From an uncultured Planctomycetales bacterium (GTDB taxonomy: Bacteria > Omnitrophota > Gorgyraeia > Zapsychrales > JAHFFX01): a stretch of 64,000 nucleotides of DNA. The translations under genes were made by a program, and so were the position numbers. The stretch is from assembly GCA_964612665.1 (NCBI GenBank), contig CAZTCI010000001.1, positions 898 through 64,897 of the forward strand. Direction: 5' to 3'. The notes beneath the pieces are model-generated. The model did not search any database. It was not told the origin of the DNA and was given only the letters and a program-made list of their open reading frames with translations. Each line of letters starts with the position of its first letter. Position 1 is the stretch's first letter. This document shows, piece after piece, positions 37,496 through 48,458 of the stretch.

Positions 37496-38755
37496 CAGAC
37501 GTGTCCGGTAAATAAAAAGGGAATCGCTGCGCTCGTGTTAGAATAAGGTTACGCGAATAACCAAACCACGAGGAGGATTCCCAATGGCGCATTCTAACAC
37601 GATTATGAACGAATTGTTAAAACTTATCCCTAGACATCAATTTGACACCATCGTTAAAAATCATTCTGGTGACCGTTACGTTAAACGCTTCACCTGTTGG
37701 AATCAGTTTACGACCTTGCTCTACGCTCAAGCCGCCAACAAAGAATCCTTACGCGAGATTCAGCAAAGCCTCCAGGTGAATGATCCAAGGCTTTATCATC
37801 TGGGTCTTCCCAGAATCAAACGTTCAACCTTATCCGATGCCAATCGCACAAGGTCCTATGCTATCTTCGCTGCCTTATTTACTAAACTGGTTGAACGTTG
37901 CCAACAGTTAACACCCAAACATAAATTTAAATTCAAAAATCCTTTGTATACCTGGGATGCCACGATTGTTAGCTTATGTCTATCTTTGTTTCCCTGGTCT
38001 AAATTCCATAAGACCAAAGGAGCCATTAAGCTTCACTTTCAACTGAACCATTCTGGTCATATCCCTGACTTTCTGGTTGTTTCACCTGCCTTTGATCAGG
38101 AAAGTTCCGTTGCCAAAAGATTTTTTACCATTTCACCGGACAGCATTTATTGTTTCGATCGCGGTTACTGTGACTTTCTTCTTTACCGTCGCATAATGGA
38201 AGCTAAAGCCTTCTTTGTCACACGCACCAAAGAGAATCTGGATTACAATCTTATCGGACAGCATTCTGTGCCATTAAAAAAAGGCATCCTCTCCGATGAG
38301 ATTATTACCCTCAACAATCCTAAATATCCTAAAGGATTACGCCTTATTCGCTATTACGATCACCTCTCCGGTGAATTATTCGAATTCTTAACCAACAATT
38401 TTCATCTGGCTGCCTTCACCATCACCCAAATCTATCAAGCCAGATGGCAAATTGAAGCCTTCTTTAAATGGATTAAACAAAACTTAAAGATTAAAACATT
38501 CCTGGGCACTAATCAGAATGCCGTTCTTACTCAAATCTGGGTGGCCATATGTTACTTCTTGCTTCTGGCCTACATCAAATATCAAACAAAATTTCAAAAA
38601 TCGCTTTTTTATCTCCACAGGCTTATTCAGGACACTTTATTCGCCCGTTTGACTCTGATCGACCTGCTTACAGCTTCTCAGACCAAGCTCAATCATTTTA
38701 AAATTAACGAATTTCAATTCGCTTTCCTTTAAATATTTTTACCGGACAGCTGTGG
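37496..38755 (+). mobile_element. IS4-family insertion sequence (~1.26 kb) with imperfect terminal inverted repeats and an 8 bp direct repeat TGTTGATT
   Basis: Left end cagacgtgtccggtaaa. Right end, reverse-complemented, ccacagctgtccggtaaa. Flanking tgttgatt is at 37488-37495 and 38756-38763. Confidence 0.6.
37584..38732 (+). CDS. IS4-family DDE transposase
   Basis: The C-terminal YQARWQIEAFFKWIKQNLKIK (Y-x2-R-x3-E-x6-K) and the overall DDE_Tnp_1 architecture. Confidence 0.85.
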   Translation: MAHSNTIMNELLKLIPRHQFDTIVKNHSGDRYVKRFTCWNQFTTLLYAQAANKESLREIQQSLQVNDPRLYHLGLPRIKRSTLSDANRTRSYAIFAALFTKLVERCQQLTPKHKFKFKNPLYTWDATIVSLCLSLFPWSKFHKTKGAIKLHFQLNHSGHIPDFLVVSPAFDQESSVAKRFFTISPDSIYCFDRGYCDFLLYRRIMEAKAFFVTRTKENLDYNLIGQHSVPLKKGILSDEIITLNNPKYPKGLRLIRYYDHLSGELFEFLTNNFHLAAFTITQIYQARWQIEAFFKWIKQNLKIKTFLGTNQNAVLTQIWVAICYFLLLAYIKYQTKFQKSLFYLHRLIQDTLFARLTLIDLLTASQTKLNHFKINEFQFAFL

Positions 38756-38772
38756 TGTTGATTGGAGACTCT

Positions 38773-39243
38773 TTAGGAAGATCCATCCACAGGTTTATAG
38801 CCTAGTTTATTGCAAATGTTGGTGCCTATACATACCACTTGTCCATTCTCAAGGATAGATAAACAGTAAAGGATAGTTAAACCATCATCGCTCATTCTTA
38901 ATATTTGACCACGGTCCGGTTGACTGACACCATCAACAGTTAAATAAACAGTTGGGTTGTCATCCCACGCGGAAATTAAGCTAAATTTTTGAGGAGCTGT
39001 TATGCCAATATCCAGTGCAGACAGATTTCGAGTGTATTGGCCTCCATTTTCAATAGCATATTTTTTCTCGGCTTCAAAAAAAGCAACGAGAATCTGTTCG
39101 GCGTCCCTGGCATGCACACGTTCTATGGCTGTAGTATATAAAGGCAATGCAAGCGTGCTTAATATTCCTAAAATGGCGACAACCATAACTAATTCAAGAA
39201 CTGTATACCCTTGCTTATTAATTTTCAGATTTTCTATACCCAA
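38773..39243 (-). CDS. Type IV pilin / pseudopilin-like protein (prepilin N-terminal cleavage/methylation domain)
   Basis: MGIENLKINKQG|YTVLELVMVVAILGILSTLALP. Confidence 0.7.
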   Translation of the reverse strand: MGIENLKINKQGYTVLELVMVVAILGILSTLALPLYTTAIERVHARDAEQILVAFFEAEKKYAIENGGQYTRNLSALDIGITAPQKFSLISAWDDNPTVYLTVDGVSQPDRGQILRMSDDGLTILYCLSILENGQVVCIGTNICNKLGYKPVDGSS

Positions 39244-39262
39244 TTATGCACTCCTTTAATAA

Positions 39263-39661
39263 TTACTGAAATTTCAGCCGCTCCACTTCATCCCGCATTT
39301 CTTGAATTTTATCTTTTTCACGCTGTTTACGAGCTGCTTCTTTAAGCCTCTCTTCTTCTTTACTTAACATTAATTCATGATACTTTTGGTTAGCATTAGT
39401 CGTGACATCTATAAAAAAATCAAGCTGCTGTTGTTTGGAATCATCTCCTGCAATAATAACGATAAGCTTCTTATCTATAATAGTGTATTGTCGCTTCTTT
39501 TCAAAATTATGCAGCCGATAAACGCTATGAAAAAACTTGACCCAAAGGTCATCTGGCTTACTCGAAAGAATAAGCGGATACTTGTAGGCCGTTTCAAAAG
39601 TGTTGTCTTTTTCGATACCTTCTTTATCAATAGTTACGATTTTAATCTCCTTATACTCCAT
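39263..39661 (-). CDS. Hypothetical protein with a C-terminal coiled coil
   Basis: No family recognised. It is possibly co-operonic with the pilin-like gene. Confidence 0.35.
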   Translation of the reverse strand: MEYKEIKIVTIDKEGIEKDNTFETAYKYPLILSSKPDDLWVKFFHSVYRLHNFEKKRQYTIIDKKLIVIIAGDDSKQQQLDFFIDVTTNANQKYHELMLSKEEERLKEAARKQREKDKIQEMRDEVERLKFQ

Positions 39662-39764
39662 CTGTTCTCCTTACGAAATTATCCTTATTTTGCATAAGTT
39701 ATTAGTGTTTAATATTTTATCTAAAAAGAACTTAGCTTTTATCATTATAAATATATACGAAATT

Positions 39765-40850
39765 TTATTTTTCGGCCACAATTTGTAGGGTCTCATACCA
39801 GCCAAAAGCGCCTGCAGATACCAGCTTCCCTACTCTAATTGTAGCAGGGTCCATAATCAATAAACCCAGCGATGGGTGCGTCATAACGACATAACGTTCA
39901 TCCGGAAGCCATCGCACATGAACCACAGAAGCGGCGGTGTCTTTTACATTAAAAAGTCTCAACTGCTTTCCTTGGGGATTTTCATAGTACAAATACAGCT
40001 GTGGGTCAATACCCAGTTTTTTCCCATGTGGCGTTATAAAAGACATTTCTTTTTGGCCCAACCGGGTAGAAACATTCCGATTATTGTCGAAATATCCATT
40101 GATCCCAAAAGAAATTATTTCCTCTGGTTTTAAGGAAATATTTTTGGCTCCTACCGTGCGGACAAGCTCCGGCGACTTATCGAGTTCACTGACGCGGTAA
40201 ATTTTTACCATGTATGGTTTTTTTGGATTAATATCTGGAAGACTATTGGAGCGGTAAAAATATAAATTTTCTCCCTTCGTATCCCAAAAAAATTCTTGAA
40301 TGCCAGTAAGGGGGCCTCTCACCAGTTGCTTTTTATTTTGAGTCATATCATAAACGTAAAAATAGTCGGAAGCTCCAATATCCGACCAGCGGTAAACTTC
40401 GTAACAGATTTTTTCACTGTTAGGCGACCATTGGGGCGTTTTAAAAACGCCCTGGGCTTGACCTTCTTCGACCAAGGGCCCTAAACTGTCAATGACCTCA
40501 AGCGATTCTTCTTGACGGTCATATAAAAGCAGTTCGTTATCACTGGTTAAAAGGATGTAGCGCCCATTTGGCGAGAATACAAACTCTTTGAGGGGAGAAT
40601 CATTTTTATAGAAGAAGTCGAGATCGCTTCCGTCGGCGTTAATCTTTCCTAGAATATTACCCATAATGAAATAAATCGGCTGTTTGCTTTTAACCCATCG
40701 CGTATCGGATGACAAAATTAGAGAAAGATCTCCCTGGGCTTTCCTTTTGTATTCAAGCCAGCCAATATACCCCACCATGAAAATTAAAAAAAGAATGCCT
40801 AAATTTGTCAAAACCCCAAAGATGGCATTAAAAAATTTGTTGTCTGACAT
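39765..40850 (-). CDS. Membrane-anchored WD40-like (TolB/PD40-type) beta-propeller protein
   Basis: An N-terminal TM helix and repeated beta-strand blocks with the Y..SPDG signature (FSPNGRYILL, WSPNSEKICY). Confidence 0.5.
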   Translation of the reverse strand: MSDNKFFNAIFGVLTNLGILFLIFMVGYIGWLEYKRKAQGDLSLILSSDTRWVKSKQPIYFIMGNILGKINADGSDLDFFYKNDSPLKEFVFSPNGRYILLTSDNELLLYDRQEESLEVIDSLGPLVEEGQAQGVFKTPQWSPNSEKICYEVYRWSDIGASDYFYVYDMTQNKKQLVRGPLTGIQEFFWDTKGENLYFYRSNSLPDINPKKPYMVKIYRVSELDKSPELVRTVGAKNISLKPEEIISFGINGYFDNNRNVSTRLGQKEMSFITPHGKKLGIDPQLYLYYENPQGKQLRLFNVKDTAASVVHVRWLPDERYVVMTHPSLGLLIMDPATIRVGKLVSAGAFGWYETLQIVAEK

Positions 40851-40988
40851 AGGAGGTAGTTTAAACTGTAAGAAAAAGATTTATTGGAAGGTTAAAAAAT
40901 TTGTAGTGTGCTATTTCGATTGTGAAGAATTTTTACGACATCTTAGCATAGCCGCTTTTAAGTGGTAAAGTATTTTTGGGAGACAATG

Positions 40989-41030
40989 CGGGCCTTGGGC
41001 CCGGAGATCCTTCGAGTGGCCCAAGGCCCG
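40989..41030 (-). terminator. GC hairpin (13 bp perfect stem) downstream of the DUF309 gene
   Basis: cgggccttgggcc-cggagatccttcgagt-ggcccaaggcccg. Confidence 0.45.
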
Positions 41031-41049
41031 GCGCGCTCACTTGTGCGTT

Positions 41050-41622
41050 TCAACAAGATAAATCCCTTAGTGTCAAAAAAGCATAATTAGAAAAAAAAAC
41101 AGGACATGACTTAGTTTTTCTCAAATTCTCTGCCAAAAATTGTTTTTCCAAATCCTTTAAATAACAATTCAAATCGACGCCCATATAAACGTCATGGGAC
41201 TTTTGAACTTCTCGCAAATGATCGCGAGCTTGCTCATAAAGGATTAGCCATCCACGGGATTGCCTCATATACAACTTTAAATAAGCGGCATTGACTTTAA
41301 TTAATCCCTGAATATAAATACTAACGAGTTCATCATTCTGTTTTTTAGCCAACCGCCAAAACGCTTCCAAGACCTCGTGAGATTCCCACCAAAATGCATA
41401 ATTGTATAAATCAGTGGCCCATAAGTATGTGGGATTCGTGTTCCAAGTTTTAATATTAAGCGGTTTTATTGGCGTATGTTGTTTTTGATAGGAATGACCT
41501 TGCGGATATTCAGTGGGATGAGGATTCAAACCTGGAATAAATCGGTAAGATGGGAATGATTCTTTGGAATAACGTGGAAATTTAGGATTAGGCGCTGCAG
41601 GCGGCGTAACAGGTGTTGTCAT
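41050..41622 (-). CDS. DUF309-domain protein
   Basis: YNYAFWWESHEVLEAFW matches the DUF309 FN..FWEAHE.LE..W signature. The N-terminus is proline-rich. Confidence 0.55.
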   Translation of the reverse strand: MTTPVTPPAAPNPKFPRYSKESFPSYRFIPGLNPHPTEYPQGHSYQKQHTPIKPLNIKTWNTNPTYLWATDLYNYAFWWESHEVLEAFWRLAKKQNDELVSIYIQGLIKVNAAYLKLYMRQSRGWLILYEQARDHLREVQKSHDVYMGVDLNCYLKDLEKQFLAENLRKTKSCPVFFSNYAFLTLRDLSC

Positions 41623-42260
41623 TGGTATCGCCGAACGACACTAATGACCTTCCCTATAATAGACACATTGTCATCCATCAGCCGGGGTTCATATCGCGGA
41701 TTAGCGGGCTCTAGATAAAAATCGTTATCTTTCCGCTTGAGATATTTAACGGTGGCCTCATCGCCGATGAGGGCGACAACCGTTTCTCCCGTCTTGGCCA
41801 TCGTTTGCTTGCGCACTAAAACCAAGTCGCCAGGCATGATTCCGGCCTGAATCATGCTGTCCCCTTTAACCCTCAAAGCAAAAATGTTATCATCCGAAAA
41901 AACAATACTATCCAGATTAAGATAGCCTTCGATATCTTCAACGGCTAAACTTGGGAGTCCAGCGGCGACCCTTCCCATAATGGGAATCGAAAATAATTTT
42001 TCTTTGACTAATTCAATGGCGCGGGATTTGTTAGCAGTGATGCGGATACAGCCTTTGTCGACCAAGGCTTTTAAATGATCACGAACCGTTGCGGTTGAGG
42101 CGAGATCAAAATGGCTGGCGATCTCTCTAATACTTGGTGGTAACTGAGTAGTTTTGACCGTTTGATAAATAAAACGCAGAATTTCTTTTTGTTTACTGGT
42201 TAAATTGTTTAATGTATTTTCCATGGGCAAGACTATACCGCCCATTTGAGTGGTAATCAA
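41619..42260 (-). CDS. lexA: LexA repressor (S24 peptidase)
   Basis: An N-terminal wHTH, AG cleavage site (RVAAGLP), and GDSM...K catalytic dyad (VKGDSMIQAGIMPGDLVLVRK). The start may be an internal Met around 42224. Confidence 0.85.
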   Translation of the reverse strand: MITTQMGGIVLPMENTLNNLTSKQKEILRFIYQTVKTTQLPPSIREIASHFDLASTATVRDHLKALVDKGCIRITANKSRAIELVKEKLFSIPIMGRVAAGLPSLAVEDIEGYLNLDSIVFSDDNIFALRVKGDSMIQAGIMPGDLVLVRKQTMAKTGETVVALIGDEATVKYLKRKDNDFYLEPANPRYEPRLMDDNVSIIGKVISVVRRYQ

Positions 42261-42284
42261 GATTTTTTTAAAATTTTTTTACTT

Positions 42285-42692
42285 TTAGGAAGATGCTGTT
42301 GAACTCGACGGAGGCGAAGAAGGTGTCGCGGAAGCATCGCCAATACATTTATTAATTTTATCTAGCAAAACATCAATATCAACCGGCTTAACTAAGTAGC
42401 CTTTAATTCCTTTTAACCCAAAAATCGGCTGATGCTGCGCATGAGCCGTTAAAACCAAAACCGGTAGTGATTTAAAACCATCCATTTTGCGCAATTCAGT
42501 AATAAAGGTATAGCCATTCATACGCGGCATCTCAACGTCCAGCAGAATTAAATCGGGCCGCGACTGTTTTACTTTTTCTAAGCCCATCTGGCCATCCAAA
42601 GCAAAATCAACCGCGTATTGCTTAGCTTCCAAACGGGCTTTAATCAACGTCACACTTGTCCGGTCATCATCAATCACTAGAATTTTTTTCAT
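42285..42692 (-). CDS. Stand-alone response-regulator receiver domain
   Basis: KILVIDDD...LILLDVEMPRMNG...YLVKP and a Ser/Pro-rich tail. Confidence 0.75.
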   Translation of the reverse strand: MKKILVIDDDRTSVTLIKARLEAKQYAVDFALDGQMGLEKVKQSRPDLILLDVEMPRMNGYTFITELRKMDGFKSLPVLVLTAHAQHQPIFGLKGIKGYLVKPVDIDVLLDKINKCIGDASATPSSPPSSSTASS

Positions 42693-42710
42693 AAAACTGA
42701 TACTCCTGCG

Positions 42711-43583
42711 TTATTTCTCGCCGACCATTTGATTTTTCTGACGGCTGTCCGCCGCACCACCCATCATTTTGAAAAGTTCCTGCAGGCACAAAACGTTCTC
42801 TTCATTCTCTTCCTGATGAAAAGCCTTAATCAAATTATTTAAAACCCGCACAACGATAACTTCTGAAGACGTGTAAGCACGAATAATTTCTTGAATCGAC
42901 TCCTCTGTTCCCTTAGCTCTCGATCGGCGCATCAATTCATCTTGAGTCAACAACCGGCCGCCGTTAAAACAATCCACCCAAACCATTGTGTCTGCAATCT
43001 CAAATCTCGCTAAAAAATGTCCCGGGAAATTGCACCCTTGAATATTGAGCCCAAGACGCTCTCCGACGAGCATATAAACACAGCACAAACTAATCGGTAA
43101 TCCTTGGCCCTGTTGAATCACCTGTACCAAATTACTATTTTGCGGCCGGTAATAATCAGTGACCGCACCTTTTAGTTTCTTGACTTTAAAAAGAAAATCA
43201 CCCAGCTGGTACGGATCATTTTCAGCGTAGCGGCAGCGGTATTCCTGTGACAAATTATTTAAAAGAACCTCAAGCTCTTTTTCCTCGTCGAATTCATCCT
43301 GAAATTTAGCGAGCAATCCAAGCGCAGTTTCTAATTTTTGCAAATCATCAGCCAGACCAAACCAGCTTGACCAGACTGATTTTAACCAAACGCGGTTTTG
43401 TTCGATCAATAAAGGTTTGATAATTTGTCGCTGAAGGGGGTTTAAAGGGGGAACAAGATGTTTTAATTCTATTTTAAGGGAAGGTCCAAATTTTTCTAAC
43501 TCTTGAAAAACACTGGTCACCACAAAGTCTGAATCATCATCAATCAATTTGATGAGAAAAGGTAACTGTTCAATGTGGGGCAT
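42711..43583 (-). CDS. Transglutaminase-like (SirB1/YchA-type) domain protein
   Basis: GLPISLCCVYMLVGERLGLNIQGCNFPGHFLARF...WVDCFNGG. Confidence 0.45.
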   Translation of the reverse strand: MPHIEQLPFLIKLIDDDSDFVVTSVFQELEKFGPSLKIELKHLVPPLNPLQRQIIKPLLIEQNRVWLKSVWSSWFGLADDLQKLETALGLLAKFQDEFDEEKELEVLLNNLSQEYRCRYAENDPYQLGDFLFKVKKLKGAVTDYYRPQNSNLVQVIQQGQGLPISLCCVYMLVGERLGLNIQGCNFPGHFLARFEIADTMVWVDCFNGGRLLTQDELMRRSRAKGTEESIQEIIRAYTSSEVIVVRVLNNLIKAFHQEENEENVLCLQELFKMMGGAADSRQKNQMVGEK

Positions 43584-43698
43584 CAGCTCCTCTTTTTTTT
43601 ATTTTATTAATAGTGGAGGGAAAACATTTTCATAATATCAGAGGCTCATTAAAAATCTAAAAGAATTTGTGAAATTTTCTCACCTTGATGAGACCAAT

Positions 43699-44385
43699 TC
43701 ATTTAGCTTCCACTTCTATTTTACGAATTATTCTTTCCATATCTTGCAAAATCGAGACTGGAACGAGTTTGAGCGTTTCCATATCTTTTTGAAATGACCG
43801 AAAGGCATTCATAAAACGCCGTACCGCAAAAAGATTCCGCTTGTCGCGTTCCTCGTCGGGATCGATTTCTTTGCGTTCTTTCATGAGCGCGGTCAATTCT
43901 TTGCGGACAATCGCCGCATCTTTTCCTTTTAAAAATACTTCTTCTTTTAATTTACCGAATTCTTCCCTCGATAGATCTTTTTTGTTTTTAGCAAGCCGCA
44001 GAACATTGATCGTATCGTAACTGGGAACAAGCGCCGTTTGCGTTGATTCGGAATAATCTTCTTTAAGATACGACGGTTCTTCGTGCTCCAAGAAATAATA
44101 ACTTTTTAAAATTTTAATGGCGATCTGTTTTTTCATGCCTAATTCTTTTTGGGTATATGTTTCAAACTTCTCATATCCCCAAAGCTTAAACATTTTGTCA
44201 TTCCAAACCGCGTAAAGCGCTTGTCCCAGTTTGACCCAGGACGTTTTAAAATCTTTGGCATGCGTTAAAATCTGGCTTCTTAAAATGTCATCGGTGACGT
44301 GGGCTGACTTTGGATTTTCTCCGTCTGATAAGAGTGTCTTTAAGGATTCCATGTTCTGTTCTCCCTTATATATTTTTGAATTCAT
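43699..44385 (-). CDS. Hypothetical protein
   Basis: 228 aa, Lys/Glu-rich. No family recognised. Confidence 0.3.
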   Translation of the reverse strand: MNSKIYKGEQNMESLKTLLSDGENPKSAHVTDDILRSQILTHAKDFKTSWVKLGQALYAVWNDKMFKLWGYEKFETYTQKELGMKKQIAIKILKSYYFLEHEEPSYLKEDYSESTQTALVPSYDTINVLRLAKNKKDLSREEFGKLKEEVFLKGKDAAIVRKELTALMKERKEIDPDEERDKRNLFAVRRFMNAFRSFQKDMETLKLVPVSILQDMERIIRKIEVEAK

Positions 44386-44396
44386 TGTGACAACCT

Positions 44397-45209
44397 TCAG
44401 TTAAGCGGGGTTGGATATTTAAACTGATACCCTAAAATTTTTTTAAGCTTCGCATTGCTGACGATTTTAAAATCTTTTTTTTCTGAATCTTTAAACCGCG
44501 GCGCCGGAATTCCCAATTTCAACGCCGCTTGTGTATACAATTTGCGTTTGGCTGGATGATCGTCGCTGCAAGCGTTAAAAATTTCTCCGCGGATATTGCG
44601 CTTGATAATTTCAAATAAGATATTAACTGCATCTTCCTGATGAATGAGATTAACTGGCGTATTTCCGTCGGGAATATCCGTCTTACCGGAAAATTTTTTT
44701 CCGATTAAACGATTCTCACCATACAGTCCAGCCAGCCGGACAATCGTTGTATCAAACCTGCGGTGCTGGCGCAGATAATTTTCGGTTTGCAGAAGAATGC
44801 TGGCGCGGGTGTCCGCCGGTTCAAAATAATCTGACTCAGTTATAATTTTATTTAGATTCGGATAAACAGCTGTCGAGCTGGTGAAGATAACAAAATTTAT
44901 CACTGAAGATTCAATGGAATGGACAATATTTTGGATTTGTTCAAAATAAAAAGCTGGGTTGGGTAGTTGGCGCTTAAAAGGGAGCGTTAAGACCAAGATA
45001 TCGGCGTTAAAAAAATCTTTGATCCCTCCGCCGGAGATTTCGGGTGTCACATTAATGATAAACGGTTTAATTGATTCTTGTGCGAAGCGGGATTTTTTGG
45101 CGGGCGTTGTGGTTGAACCTTTAACTGTATATCCATTTTCAACCAATTTTTGTGCGAGAGGCTCTCCTAACCAGCCGCATCCTAAAATACTCACTGTGAG
45201 TTGATTCAT
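44397..45209 (-). CDS. NAD(P)-binding Rossmann-fold oxidoreductase (SDR/epimerase-like)
   Basis: The start is placed at MNQLTVSILGCGWLGEPLAQKLVENGY (GxGxxG). Confidence 0.55.
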   Translation of the reverse strand: MNQLTVSILGCGWLGEPLAQKLVENGYTVKGSTTTPAKKSRFAQESIKPFIINVTPEISGGGIKDFFNADILVLTLPFKRQLPNPAFYFEQIQNIVHSIESSVINFVIFTSSTAVYPNLNKIITESDYFEPADTRASILLQTENYLRQHRRFDTTIVRLAGLYGENRLIGKKFSGKTDIPDGNTPVNLIHQEDAVNILFEIIKRNIRGEIFNACSDDHPAKRKLYTQAALKLGIPAPRFKDSEKKDFKIVSNAKLKKILGYQFKYPTPLN

Positions 45210-45226
45210 ATCTTTTTTAATGTGAA

Positions 45227-45290
45227 TAACTCGCAAATTGCACACGGATATTCGCGAATATCTGTGTTAGATTCGAGTAATTCGCGTCAC
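45227..45290. repeat. CGCGAAT-heptamer palindromic intergenic element, copy B
   Basis: actcgcaaattgcacacggat-attcgcgaat-atctgtgttagattcgagtaattcgcg. Confidence 0.55.
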
Positions 45291-45371
45291 TTATATTTTT
45301 TCTAATCAATTCAAAAGGAAACCCAAACATGTTTTGTTTGGGTTTCATAGTAATCATTTAATATTGTGAAC

Positions 45372-45842
45372 TTATTTATCCAGGTAGGCTTTTAGGACAT
45401 TCCAAGTTTTACGGCCGATCACACCATCCGCTTTAAGATTATGCGCGCTTTGAAATTCGGCAACGGCTTTTTTAGTTTTTTCTCCAATTTTCCCGTCGAC
45501 AGTTCCATTATAATAGCCGGCCTTCTTTAAGGCTAATTGGACCTGATCTGGGGGAACATCCACGTGTAAGATACTGTCTTTTGACTTGCTTGAAACGTCC
45601 GGTGCGGATTCATAACTTTTGGAAGAGTGCTCACTCGTACTGCTTTTGACTTCTTCTGAAAGGCTTTGAACTTGATCCTTCAAGTCATTAATCTCATCGT
45701 CTTTCTTTTGAAGATCATCTTCCATTTGTGAAATTCGTGTCTGCAGTTGGTCGGATGATGAACTGCTGCTGCCTTTCATCGTGGCGCAACCGGTTAGCCC
45801 AATGGTTAATCCAAGCATGCCAAGTAGTAGTCTAAACTTCAT
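45372..45842 (-). CDS. Lipoprotein with a coiled coil and a C-terminal peptidoglycan-binding domain (paralog of 33018..33581)
   Basis: Lipobox LTGCAT, then GTVDGKIGEKTKKAVAEFQSAHNLKADGVIGRKTW. Confidence 0.7.
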   Translation of the reverse strand: MKFRLLLGMLGLTIGLTGCATMKGSSSSSSDQLQTRISQMEDDLQKKDDEINDLKDQVQSLSEEVKSSTSEHSSKSYESAPDVSSKSKDSILHVDVPPDQVQLALKKAGYYNGTVDGKIGEKTKKAVAEFQSAHNLKADGVIGRKTWNVLKAYLDK

Positions 45843-45986
45843 GAGCTTCTCCTTTGATAAAATAATTTACAAATAATAACTAGATTTTTTAGTCAACAGC
45901 AATAAATTAGGCAAAAAATTTTTGAACGCTCGTATTCTACCATAAAGTTAAAAGCTGCCTACCGAATCTTTAAAAAAATTTATCAG

Positions 45987-47630
<1,644 letters not shown>

Positions 47631-47652
47631 CTATTCGCGTTTTCAAAGGACC

Positions 47653-47688
47653 TCAATAATACAAAAAAAGACGAGTTGTGTCTACTCG
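47653..47688. terminator. Bidirectional intrinsic terminator ~45 nt upstream of the ABC-F start
   Basis: aaaaaaa-gacgagt-tgtgtct-actcgtc-ttttttt. Confidence 0.7.
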
Positions 47689-47728
47689 TCTTTTTTTCTT
47701 ATGATAGAAAGCTATTTGCAAAAAAAAC

Positions 47729-47759
47729 CGCGCGGCAGGCCCTAGTTCCTGCCGCGCGT
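47729..47759 (-). terminator. Intrinsic terminator (11-12 bp GC stem plus U8 on the minus strand)
   Basis: aaaaaaaa-ccgcgcggcagg-ccctagtt-cctgccgcgcg. Confidence 0.7.
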
Positions 47760-47801
47760 TCACCTAGATAACCATGTTGTCTGTTCTTTTGAAGATCAAT
47801 G

Positions 47802-47850
47802 CTTATTTAAGACCGCGGCTTGGGCGCATTGAGCCGCGTCTTAAATAAGT
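47802..47850. other. 18 bp-stem hairpin that overlaps the stop codon of ORF 47850..48200
   Basis: cttatttaagaccgcggc-ttgggcgcattga-gccgcgtcttaaataag. Confidence 0.45.
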
Positions 47851-48200
47851 TATGTCAGGGTCGCTGACTTGGGGGAGAATAACTTGGACTTCCACAAAAT
47901 TTTGATCTTAAGGGAATGACAAAACCGCACCTTTAAGACTGAAAAATCTTTAGTGATATAAAAATAACCTTTGATACGAAAGGTAAATTTTTCTTCTTTG
48001 GTTTTGGAATTATATGCTTTGCGGATATGAATATCCGGCGCGTTTGCGGGCTGACAAACTCTCATTTCAGGAGAGACTAAATACACGAAACTTTTACGGA
48101 CGTAGGTGCGGCATTCTTTATCTTCACATTTTTCGCTGATAAAGATTGCCTTGCGTCCTTTGGGTAGAGAAGTTGCGTTTCGGTATAAAACTTCTTTCAT
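47850..48200 (-). CDS. Hypothetical Cys-containing small protein; coding status uncertain
   Basis: 116 aa, the only ORF in an 840 bp AT-rich, hairpin-rich intergenic region. Confidence 0.25.
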   Translation of the reverse strand: MKEVLYRNATSLPKGRKAIFISEKCEDKECRTYVRKSFVYLVSPEMRVCQPANAPDIHIRKAYNSKTKEEKFTFRIKGYFYITKDFSVLKVRFCHSLKIKILWKSKLFSPKSATLT

Positions 48201-48458
48201 GTTGTTCCTTGTTTGGCCTTCCTGATTATTTTTAGAATGTCATGGAATCTTATACGCTGGAAGTATAACACTCAAGGAAGCTCAAACAAGGCAACCGGTT
48301 CGGTGAATAGAAAACGTTTTCTGAAGTGGATGAAAAATACCCAAAATTACAGAAATTCTAAAATTTTGATCGAATTTATACAAAATTTATTTAAAATTTT
48401 CAAAAATAAAGGAATTCTCTTATTTGTTTAAAAGATAAAAAAATAATTTTTTATGAGT

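Noticed and set aside
48213-48431. Plus-strand 72-aa ORF in the AT-rich spacer
   Set aside because: AT-rich, Lys/Asn-rich translation with no SD. Most likely noncoding.
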